Shown here piece by piece: positions 46,901 to 58,900 of a stretch of 64,000 bases of DNA. A program made the position numbers and the translations under genes. Below the pieces are notes generated by a model that ran no database searches, had not been told where the DNA came from, and saw only the letters and a program-made list of their open reading frames with translations. The stretch is taken from positions 174,484 through 238,483 of the forward strand of contig CAYGFH010000002.1 in the NCBI GenBank assembly GCA_964349125.1, in the 5' to 3' direction. Every line of letters begins with the position of its first letter. Within the stretch, counting starts at the first letter, position 1. The DNA comes from an uncultured Gammaproteobacteria bacterium. Its GTDB lineage: Bacteria > Patescibacteriota > Microgenomatia > UBA10105 > UBA927.

Positions 46901-49900
46901 ATCGTTTGTACTGAACTAATATGCTAGCCTCTACCCCAGATTTATTGAGAAATCCGTTTTCATCAACATCATCAGCTATTATCCCTGCTTGCAATCGTTT
47001 AATTTTCCCGTTAATGCTGTTTGTCAGCTTCACTATATCCTCTGCCCTACCAATCATGTCAGTCAATGGAGAAAGCCCGGTCATGACTACCTTGCGTATC
47101 TGTTCAGCTCGATCAACCGTTTGAGAGCGTCCAATGGCTCTAAAAAACGCCGGAAGAATTAATGAACTGGTATAGTCTTGAATTCCCCGTACGTTTCCAC
47201 CTATCTGCGTAATGATCGGCCAAATAACATTACTCCCGATTTTTGTAAGTTCCATTAATGAAGCTAAATCCACGGTGGCCACTGAATATCTTTGTAGTGC
47301 AATCGAGGCATCGATTGCTTCATTCATATCGGTGGCTGATATAGAGGTGAGTTCTGGTCTGAATTCCTGAAGCTGACTCTTGAAGACGTCACGTACCTTT
47401 TTTTTATCAATTTTATTTAGTGCGTCCAATTTTTCCTGAATTGTTACAGGTTTTGGCCGTGTTCTGTTCATCTGACTCACTATTTCTTCTTTGATAGTGG
47501 TAAATACCGTCAGGTGGTAACCGTCTTTTGCTTTTTCATCTGTCCATTGCAGGAAATTTTTGACGGCTTTGGCAAATGGCTTGGTTGCAGAATCTGCCGT
47601 CATGGCGGATGAGAATTGTGCTTTATCCAGCTTTCGTATATACGAAGCAAGTCCGGTATAGGTCGTTGCACTTGTCTTCGCCAGACCTAATGATTCCAGT
47701 TCGTCCGCCAGTTTTCTCAGATCAGCCGTTGCCCATTCTTTATTAAGTAATTTTTGAGAATCTGATAACCCTTCAAGCGCTGTGAGATTATTTCTGACGG
47801 CAAGAAAATCTTCATAGACTTCATTCACTTTATCGGTTTTCGACGCCTTTGGAGGGGATGCCTTTGGCTTAGCCACTTTCGTGTCATACTGGTCGCGCGC
47901 CTTGGTTTCCATACTTATTGCTACCTTATCTACCCAAGCTTCATATACATCATCTGACACAGATCCCTTCGCGACAGCATTCCGTATCTGTGTAGTTAGA
48001 CTTCCAAAAATGAGCTTCCTTCCACTTTCCAATAGAGATACACCATACGCAATAATTTTATTTTGTTCTGCACTGGTCCATGCGCTTGAAAGCGCTCCAA
48101 CATCCTGCACAATACTGTTTAGTTCCGCAGTCAGGAATGTATCTACCTTTGCGGTAGGATCTACTGCCAAAAGAGCAGCGAATTCATCTGTAGCCTCGTA
48201 CTCTGCTCTCCGATCCCGTACAATCGTTGGAACAGAGCGTTTTGTAGACAAAACATCCTCAATAAAATCCCCTCTATATTCAGCTACATATTCGGCAAAC
48301 GCGGTGCGCGCGGCATCCTTTGCAGTGTTTGCAGCAGCAGGTCCAGGTATCTCTGTGACCGGAATTTGCACGAAATCACCATATTGTATATTTCGCAGTT
48401 GTAGCGGTGTAGCACCATTCATTTTTTGATATCTGGCGGGAGCAAGCAATTTATTCGCCGGATCGATAATAAATGCGATCAGATTGATATTTATCGTATC
48501 TTCCGCTGATGATAGTGTGCCATTTTTCACATAATTCATTTCGGTCTCAAATATATTTGCCGCTATGTCTTTCAATTGTTGTTTGTTTACTTCCGTGCTA
48601 CTAAGATCTCCGAACCCTCTTTGAATTTTTATACGAATATCGTCATTCAATACGCTCGTAAATCTCGTTGAGGTTGAAGGTAGACTCGCGGCATCAGCAG
48701 CGGCGATAGCCATATCTGAAGCTAACAGCCCCTGATATAGAGTGAATGCATCCTGCGCGGTCAGATCACCCGGGAGCTTGTTTTGATTCACTATCACCTG
48801 TGCCTTATCCATAAGCAACTTTCGTCCTGTCGGTGTCGCGTAATTACCACCTACTATAGCTGCGGGTGTGACCGCTTTTGCCGGTAATTTAGACAGTTCC
48901 GCCGCTTTTCTGTCCAGCCAAACGAGGAAAAGTTGGCGCGTAACATCTGTGGCTTTCGGTTGATCTGCGATAGCACTCAATAATGCAGCTTTCGTATCTG
49001 CTATGGATTGCCCCTGATTCACAGTTCCAGCTGCCACCGCTCTATCGGACGCCTCATTTAACACCGAAAGCTGTGCAATAATTCCTTCTGTAAATTGCAG
49101 TGCGTAGATCATTTTTTGGTCTTTATCAAAAACTGTATTGGTCCGATCCGGGTTTGTTGATCCGGGTACTGTCATCAGAAGGTTGACGATATCCAAGGTT
49201 GCTTTATCCGGTGTTTTTTTCAGGATTCCTTCTTCGATCATAGAAAGTAGCTTACCAACATTTTTTGCATCCGCGATATATTTTATCCACGCTGTTTTGA
49301 GATCGAACATCACCTGTGCTCTCTTTTTTGTCGGAGCATCTGTCAGAGCGTCCAATTCCTTTTTGTCTATCGCTTTATTGGCAAAATTTATCGCTTCTAA
49401 GGTGGTTGGCTTCGCAACCAATGCATCAAGTTCTGCCGTGGCCGCCAGATTTGACAGCGTTCCTTTTTGATTATATGGATCGGACGACCAGTACTCGAAA
49501 TATCCTCCGGGGGTAACCGATGAACGAAATAGATCAAATAGTATAAGTCCCAGACTTACTTTCGGTACCATGATAAGCGGCAATCCTCTACTTCCCAAGA
49601 ACCAGCCGGTTTTATTTCTCGGCGTTGAGAAGAGTAATTTACTAAACCATGAGTCAGTAACTTTCCATAAATTCTGCTTCCATTGTGGTAAATCATCAAA
49701 TGATGCAGGTGCAGGAGCAAATCCCGGAATGATTTTACCCACCGCTTCGCGCCAGGGAACATTTGCCCCAGTTGTATATACGGCAGGTGCTGCGGCGCCG
49801 GTATTCATATATCGGTCTACCCAGCGCATCACATCCATGATAGGAAGCCACCACTGTTGTGCGCCAAAGGCCACAAAGAATCGGGTAACTCCCCACACCG

Positions 49901-52900
49901 GCCATTTGAGCACATTGATAACAGGGTGCACTGTCGGATCATTCCACTGCGTCGGGAATAGCAGTTCGTTTGTATCGAGCAAGAATCTCCATGGAGAATC
50001 TTTAGGAATTTTCTCCAGGAAATGTCTACTTTCTTGGAGGAGCCAGAATGGCAACCCAGCGTGCAAGCTCACGGCACCCTTTGTGAACGTAAATGCTGTC
50101 CACCAGTACGATCCTCGGATGCCTGCCGGTACCAGCTGGGCTAACCATTCTATCCCGTTTGCACGAGGCCAGGATACGCCGTATGAACCAAGGAGTGAGG
50201 TAACTTTAGACCAGAAAGTATCTTTTACTTCATATGTACTATCTGAAAGCGTAGTAGTGACCCCAGCTCCACCGGTTGTTCCCGGGGTGGTATGTTGTAC
50301 TGCAGCAGGTGTCCGATTTCTGAAACGGTTGTTTATGACCATATTCAATACGTCCGTACCTATGAGTATGGGATTAAATCCTGATAGGCTCCAGCGGGTT
50401 ACAAGAGACACCGTTTTTATGACACCCCATGTCGGTGTTTCATTGTTCCCTAGCGGATTAGGCGACAAGATATATGCATGGATACCGTATAGATTTTTAT
50501 TGCGATCAGGAGCACTATCTGCAGGCTTTGGTATTACATTAATCATCGAAATGATGTTAGAGAAAATAAACAGTGACGTAAGCAAAGTAAATCCCCTAGC
50601 CCAAACAGTTGTCGAAACTGCTGTACCTGTGCTTACCGCTGTGGAAATGACAGGTGCAACTGCAAAGGCAATTGAGATGGCGTTTAATGTCAGGGACAGA
50701 CCGGCAATTGTGGCAAAAGCCCCAATTGTCCATCCACCCCATATCGTTATCTTTGCAAGTGTTTTTTGAAATCCGGTAAAACTATCTGACCAATCCATTG
50801 TTTGAGCGAACAGAGCTTGAATCGATTCTGCTGTTCCAGCAAATACATCCGCCACGAATCGTGCCCCGTCGTGAATAAGAGTCGGGATTATCAACTGTGG
50901 CACAAAGAGGCCTCCGACAAATCTGGTGCCTACCCATGAAACGGTTTTCCAGAATCGTGCCGGCGGCGTCAGGCCCTTTGCCCAGAAATTTGGGAAAAGG
51001 ATATTATCCCCTATCCAGGCGTGTGTAGTCTTAAATGTTGGATTATCGGAAAGATGAACTGATGTATTGTATACATCGTATGCAAGCCAGGGAACACCCA
51101 GTCCAAATGTCTTTGTAATGATAAAGACTGCTGTTCGCCCGGCTGAAATAGCAATTTGTCCCCATTGGAATTTCTTTGTAGTACCGTCATACAACTGAGG
51201 ACGCACCACTGCGTTTATGATACTCCCAAGCCATGAACCAGCCTTTGCGACTGCACCTGTGACGGTTGATTTTGTTGAAGCAGGAGCCACGGGAGAGGAC
51301 GAAAATATACCAAACACATAATTTGTCGGCACTTTTGTATCCACAGATTGAAGAACATTTGCATCGTACGCGTAGGTATAGGTCGTGACGTCAACTGGTT
51401 TTGAATCTATGGTCGTTCTTCCGGCAATTCGTGTCGTCCCAATGAACCGACTGTTGGCATCTCTATACGCTGCGCTCAGTCCGACATCCAGACCTACTAC
51501 GGTTCCGTTATGATACACCGGATCTTTGAGAATGTTATGACCATGATACAGGACGGGTGCGGTAAATATGCCACGATATGCATCAGAAATCGCACGACTG
51601 GAACTGAATTGACCATGATGCGTCAAACTGCGAAACAGCGTACGCAGTTGAGGCACGCTTGCTAGCCGTATTTGTGCCCGAATACCGGCATTTATCCGTC
51701 TAACCACGTCTTCCGGAGTCAGTTTTTCTGCTTTAACTCGCGCTGCAATTCTGTTTATATCGTTTATATCCAATTCATCATAATCCTGCACGGCGGCTAT
51801 GTCATCACTAAATATAAACTTTGCATAAATAGCGGTATCGGTATGTTGCATGACTGATTTATCTGAGCGAAGCGATATCCAAGATAGGTTTTCCAACCAT
51901 CCGCGGATTAATCCAAGGTGCTTCTTTGCGATCGCTACTTCTCTCCTTGAAACACCGTTTCTTTGGAATAAATCCCATCTTGGCGAATTATCCGGCTCAA
52001 ACATCGCCCAGAGGAATTCCACTTCATGGTTGCCGCCAAGCATGGTAAATTCTGATCCTGCAGCTTCAGCCTGAGACTTGAGTGCCGTTAGACGATTGAG
52101 TATTTCAAGGCCGGGATAATACTTATCTTTTTTGCGGGCCGGATCGTTTTCCAAGAAAGCCTGTATGTTGCCATCTTTATCTACACCACGGTCCATATAA
52201 TCGCCGAGGAATATCACCTTCGCGCTATTGCCCCCTACCCACTCCCAACTGCCGTCAGATTTCACGGTAATCAGATTATCGGCCTCGAGCATCTGTTGAA
52301 GCTTGGTTACATCTGAATGATAATCCGCATACATATACCTGAGCGTTTCCGCCTGTGTTTCGGTAACTTTGACTGTTTTTTGTGTTACTGTCTTTGTGCT
52401 CGTCAAACCGGCCATAATTGCCGTCGTGATTGTGGCAAAGTTCGGATCGACAACCTTTGTGACAAACTCATCGTACGCTGCTTTCGCTTCGGCCTGCGTC
52501 AATCCTGCGGCGGTCAGCTTCGCCAGTATAGTTGTAGTATATGCAGTATTACTAAATCCACTCTTAAATATCCCGGACCTGACAATGACCTCCACCTGCT
52601 CTGCTGCCTCATCAGGACGAAGCGGTGTATCTTTGAGCTTGGCAACTTCTGCAAGGATAGCTGCCCGCTGTGAGGCAATCAGTTCAGCATAGGCCGTTCG
52701 TAGAATCGCGAGCGCGTCCGTATTCTTTTTAGCTTTCTCGGCCGCAATTGCAGGATCCACCACAGGGGCAACGACTGGTGGCGCAGAGATTGGTGGTGCT
52801 GAAACTGGCGGTGTAGTGACTTTTACAGAATTTAACACCGGCTGTGTCAATGAGTCTAACCATGCAGTATAGTCGATAACTGTTGCATCACTCTGCAATT

Positions 52901-55900
52901 TCGGCAGAGATGCCAACAACGTTTCTTTTCCTGCGAATTTTGCCTCCATATAGGCTCGGATATTTGCGTCTTCGTCAATTGGCACATCATCCCGCGCTTT
53001 AGCCATCACACGTGCTTGAAATATAGCGACCAATTCATCATCATCGGTCAACAAAGACCCAGTTAATCCAAGTCTCGTAAACTCGGTCTGTAATGATTCT
53101 TTAATCACTTCAATGTATGCAGTGTAGAGCGTCGTCAAATTTATAGTTGTTTGGAGAGTACTGTTTGAGGCGACCAGCTTTTGGTATGCATCATTGGCTT
53201 CGATAACCGATGGAGCATAGACAGATCTTCGAATGTGTGCACCGGAATCTGCATCGCTAACACGCGCAAGCAACTTCCCACCCAGTATTCCTAGTGGTTT
53301 TTTACGGCCACTTTTCTCTGCATAAAATACGATCGTGTCATCAAAATTTAGCACTCCCCCGTTTGTTGGTATTCTCCGTCTTGTTGTATCAGTTCCGATT
53401 GTGTACCACACATCTCTATCAAGCGTCAGGGCGATCACATTCCCTTTTCCGCTGACCACATCTACAACAGGTATCACATCACCTTGGCGCAAGCTTCGTT
53501 TCGCCGCTTTTTGGAGGGAGACATTCCCGGCATTTGCTGATTGCGCATCTACAACGGCTTCCCATGCAGTGGCAAGCGCATCTTGTTCTGGCAATGCTTC
53601 AATTTGGGCGGCTATAAGCCCTGTCAAAATATCGGAGCGCTGTTGTGGGGTCTTCGTGCCTGTGATTCCAGCCGCGGCAATACCCTGCGCAATTGCGGCA
53701 GCACGAACAGCAGCGTCTGATAATGTCGTATCAATAGGTACACCTGCAACAGGTGGGATAACTGTCGCTGGGGCACCAAGTGGTGGCACAATTGTCGTAC
53801 CGCCGATGCCTTGCAACTCTCTGCGAACTCGAGCAGCATCTGCAAGCATGCCGCCAATCCTGGAATATCCTGTGTTATGTTGCCTTGCATCTATAAGGTA
53901 ATGCACAACATCGACGATAAATCCGACGCCACCGGTGGCAAATTGCCTGACTATGAGCGCCCTCCACTGTCTCGTGCGCTCTGCGGCTGACCATTTTGGA
54001 TTCCATGGTGATGGCAATAGTACGTAGTTCATGAGCATGTCTCGAACAGATGTGGTAGGAACAGAAATGCCGACGATGCCACTTATGTCAGCCATAGGCA
54101 CTGAGGAGACTCTCGCAGCCGCTATTTGTGCGACGCTGACCGCAGACCCTAGCGCATCACCTAGCAGCTGCGCTCGAAGGCCATCTTCACCCATAGCTCT
54201 CACAGTGGATAATCGTGTTGCAGTAAATAGTGCATGTACTTCTTTATCAAATGAGGCTTTTGCAGATGGATTCACTAATGTTTCCAGTACCTCCGGAGTG
54301 ATATTCGGATTGCTGTTTCGTTGCGCAGCTTGCTGTATAGCATCAATATAGGCGACAGTTGCGTTTTCCAATGCCGTAGTTGACTGAGAGCTACCGGTAA
54401 ACACCTGTCTGACACGCCCTCTGATATCCTGATCAAATATCTGATCAAAAGCTATAACTTGGGCCTCTGCTCTATCTACTGTTTCCTGCGCGATGGCTAT
54501 ATCACCAAATGCAGTCGCAGCAGAAGAGACATTTGATCGTTGTATGGTCGATGATGGCTTAATTTCTACCGTATTTGCGCTTCTTTGGAGCGCGCGAATC
54601 TTTGCTGCGCGACTACCCTTTAGAGTTGGTTTTCTGGTACCCGGCTTTATGTAAAATGTTGCGTAGGTGTCGAAATCACCTAATGTCATAGCACTGACTG
54701 AGATTTCGGTTACGCCGCCTCGTGGTCCGACGAGTATCATGCGGCCGTCATCTGCCACCGGTATATTACTTATTCTATCACCTGTCTCAAAAATCTTCCC
54801 GACCATATCTATGCCTTTTACCGTGGCGACCTGGGTACCCGCAGTTTGCGCAAGTGCATCGCGGTTTCTTTCTGCGGATATTTGAAGTGAAAGCGCTGCA
54901 GCACGACCGGCCATAAATGTATTTCGCTCTTCATCTGTGATTTGCTGGCCGGTTCTGATTTTCTCCGCCACTGCCATCGCTGCGGTAATATATCCTGCCT
55001 GAACTTGCGCGGACTCGAATGCTGAGATGCTTCCTCGAGAGAGTGACGAGCTTATTTCCATATCAGAGTCAATTCGTTGAAGCGCAGGCAGCACGACCGG
55101 CCTCGGCCGCCAAATAAGATTTGCTACAAATGGAGCTCTGGCTTCCATAAATGTTCTAAATCCTGATTTGGCTACTGGTGTGGCTTGCTTCTGTACGACC
55201 GGCTTTATGTCCGGTTTACCTGATCCGGCTAATTGCTGCGCTTCTGAAGATGCCTTGACCGTGGCATTGTGTGCTCGTTGATACTCTCCCAGGTCACGAG
55301 CCAATAATGGTGGATCTTTACTGTCTATTTGCACACCTTCCGCAAGATAACTCAGTGGATTTGTTCCTGTATTTCCATTCATCACATCCCGATTGATTGT
55401 CAAACGCTTAAACAAATCCGGGCTGGAACGCTCAATTATGTCTAGATACGGTTTGTTTGCAGGATCGTCAAACAGTGCTTGGAATGATTTGGTCATTTGT
55501 GCGAATTGCTCGTTTCTGGCCTCGAGTGTACTTCTGGCGCTTGAAGTTGTACGGACGTCTCTACCGCTCGCACCTGAGGATAGATCTAAGAGCTTCACAG
55601 ATGCCCACTCGGCGATCCGCTGTGCTGCAGGATCTGAGGAGGATCTGTATCGCAAGATAATGTCTTCGAGCGGCTTCTTTGCGGCTGACTCAAGTCCTAG
55701 AGAATTAGCCTGTGCTGTGTTGAATTTTTCCAGCGTTGTTTGTGCATCGGCAATCGATTGTTTAAATGCAGCAAACTGCGTATCATTCATCTGGGCACGT
55801 GAAAGTGTAGAGAATTGTCCTGCCGTGTCATCAACAACGATGAGATATTGCGTGGCAATCCATTCTTTCCGATCAAGCCTACTGGCACCCTGAACGACAA

Positions 55901-58900
55901 CTCCTTGAGCCGTGTCTTTTGTCGTGATGGTAATACCCGGGATATTCTCTGGCGTTGGAATGTTATCTCCTGTTGCGCCTCCCCGACTGATGACGACGTT
56001 GAGATTTGCTTCACCACTGGCGAATCGTTGTGCCAGCTTTCCTGATCCTCCTGTCGCATCCGGAATTCGTTGTGACAGATTTCCCGTCGCATCTGTATAC
56101 CCAGCCTGAATGGATCCATCCGCGTTAAACTTCACGTCATAATACTCAGATCCTCCAACTTGAACAACCCACGGCGTATCTTTGGGATATTTTCCGCTCA
56201 TTTGCTGTCTTCTGGCGTACTCGATCGTGCTCATGTTGAGGTCGCCTGCAAGGACATGTTTTGCACTTCCATTGGAAGCCAGGCCATTCGGGCCACTTGA
56301 ATCAAGCTTCTTTCCTGATCTGATTGCAGCAGCTATATCGATAAACCCATCGCCTGAGGCACGATATGACCTATCCGCAGTTAGTCTTGGAGGATTACCA
56401 TCAGCACCGTTAAATATCTTGTCAAACGTTGCGCTGCTCTTGGTAACACCAAGTTGGTATGAGTTCTGCAATACGCCTGCTTGTTCTGCAATGCTTCCTG
56501 TCACGGCTCGGACCGCTCCGTTGGCGTACCCGGAGATGTCTGATATTACGTCGTGGAATCCTGACTTATATGCACGATCTGGAGCCACTTCCAATCCTTC
56601 AAAGTTTGGAGGCGTTTTCCCAAATGCAGTTGCACCGATAGCCTCCATAACAGCCTGCATTCGTGAATTATACGTTTGCCCTTCACTCATGGATCCGGAA
56701 TTCCCAGGGATTGTCACTAATCTTCCTTTTGCATCAAATCCTCTAAAGAATTCGGTGTCATACGACATGGTAAGCCCTGATGCATAGCGATTGGTCGCAT
56801 CCACTAGATCAAGCACTTTTGCGATATCTCCTTGGGGAATACCTAATTTCTGCGCTTCAACTGCTAATTGGGCCGGGTTAGCGCTTGCGGTATTAAGCAC
56901 CTCGGCATTATCGACAATCTTCATAAAGACATCGGTCGGGATTCCTTTTTTCTGTGCGAGCTTTGTGTATATGAGTGTTTGTGCTTCCTTGCTAAATCGG
57001 GCGTCTTTAACGACAACGCCGTTTGCATCGATCACTTTCACGATAGCTGGCTTCCCTCCAATCGTTTTTTTCACGCCTTGATCGGGTACGCCTTGCTTCA
57101 TAATGGCTACGTCGTCAGCGATCAATACGTCATACACATCTTTGGCGGCTCCGACTACCTCAGGCGGCACAACAGCTCTCGCCGATGAGGCTGGGTTTAT
57201 CATCTGAATAGACGGATCAAATGCAAGCTGGAGTTCATCCACGCCGAGTGCGACATTTGCAGTTGCGAGTCTATATATGTCGCCTATAAGTGAGCCTTTT
57301 TTTGCATCCAGCCCGTATGTCTCCAATGCCATGTTTCTGATAAAGGCAAGGTCTTCCGGTTCTGTCAGTAGGATTTTTCCGGATGAAAGTTGATCGTGAA
57401 TTCGTTGCAGATCAGCAATATCTCCTCGCAAATCATCTGATTTTAGCCTCACTACTGACTCCTCACCATTTGGCATAAGTGTGCGCAGTTGCTGTAAAAA
57501 TGCGTCTGCCTGCCCTTTTCTGGCCACGTAAATACCACGTTCACGACCGAATACTTCCACATCTACTCGCAACATAGCCGTAAGAACCACTGTTTTTCCT
57601 CCCGATGTGACAAGTTCCACGGCTCTCGCATTATCCCCCAACAGGGACATCATGGTGTCTATTTGATTGTTTTTCCATGAACGATATTCACCGTCGAGCA
57701 ACCCTAATCGAAGTTCGGTATCACCCATGATTGTTTCAAACGCAAGCCCTGCAGATTCATCTAACCCCTTGGGGAACACAACCTCCTGGGCACTCATTTG
57801 ATCAGCAAGGCGCTTTGTTAGACTGGCTATGAGCTTGCTGTCACGAGATTTTCCTTTTATCGCCAACGCGGCATCCAACTGGGATTTCGTAACCTGTATA
57901 TCCCCCAACAGGCCTAGTTTTTTGATAGCTGATTGTACATCTCTCAACTGGGAAAGCGCCTGTACACGCTCCCCTGCGGGCGCATTGGACGCAAGTTCCT
58001 GCGCCCTGGTGAGCGTTGTGCCAAGCGTATCCATTTCTGTCTTGATCTGAGCGTTGAAATCCTTTTGAATCTGATCCCTTTGTGCTCCATCTGTGGTTTT
58101 GCGTAACTGAGTATCCCGCTCGATTTGCAGGTCTGTAATTTTCTGTCTACTCGCAGCTGCCTGCTCAACAATCGAAGCTGCATCCCGAGCATTCGGTCCA
58201 CCCGCATCTACAATCTGTTTGGATGCGTCTATTCTCAATGCGACGTGCGCCTCCTTGATTTTGGCGATTGTAGTCATTTTCGCCACATCTGACGGATCAA
58301 TCAGAGAACGAACGCTCCCTTGTGTTTCACGAATAAGTGTGGCCTGCTCTTTCAATAACGCTCGTTTCTTTGTTTGAGACGGCGAACCGGCCAATTCCCT
58401 GTCTATACCGGTAAGCCTATCCAGCTTATTGGATATTGTTATGAAATTTGATTCCATGTATGCAAATTGCACCATGTTTTTGGTATTGTTCACTTGCGTT
58501 TCGGCAGCCCGGGCAATACTGTCAGCTGCTTTATTGATGTATTTACTGTCGGTGTACCCTGCGCTTTCAAGTGACTTCTTGGCACGCTCGAACGCGAGTG
58601 TGTATAATTCGCTTTCACCCGTTACGCCTCGTTTTTGAGACATCTCAGTATAGACATCACTGATTGCCTTTTGGACCGCATCTACATCTCCTGTATTTGT
58701 GCCTATTTTTGCTTTTATGCGGGCGCTTACCTCTCCGGCTGCAAGATCAGTCGCCACTATTTGCTCTGTGCGCTTTTGCACAAACGCATCATTGACTTGA
58801 GTCAGTTCATTTTGTGTTGTTCTCCCAATACGTATTGCGCCCGTACCATCCGGTCGTCCGATAAATCTCTCTCGGACAGCAGCTATGATGCGCTGAACAC

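Noticed and set aside
49570-50769. 399 aa plus-strand ORF (the longest ORF on the opposite strand). Other plus-strand ORFs of 150-210 aa lie at 38601..39182, 56182..56787, 61708..62331, 53335..53901, 47881..48429, 32419..32922, 55393..55893 and 14124..14582.
   Set aside because: All lie entirely inside the two minus-strand giant ORFs. Their translations are low-complexity, while the minus-strand frame gives coherent domain-like protein. They are antisense shadow ORFs caused by biased codon composition, especially opposite the membrane domain.
58700-58800. Walker-A-like TSGGKT in gene A (ELVTSGGKTVVLTAMLRV), a possible ATPase or helicase motif
   Set aside because: It does not fit GxxxxGK[ST] (Leu at the first Gly position). 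No Walker B or DEAD-like motif follows at the appropriate distance. I treat it as a chance match.
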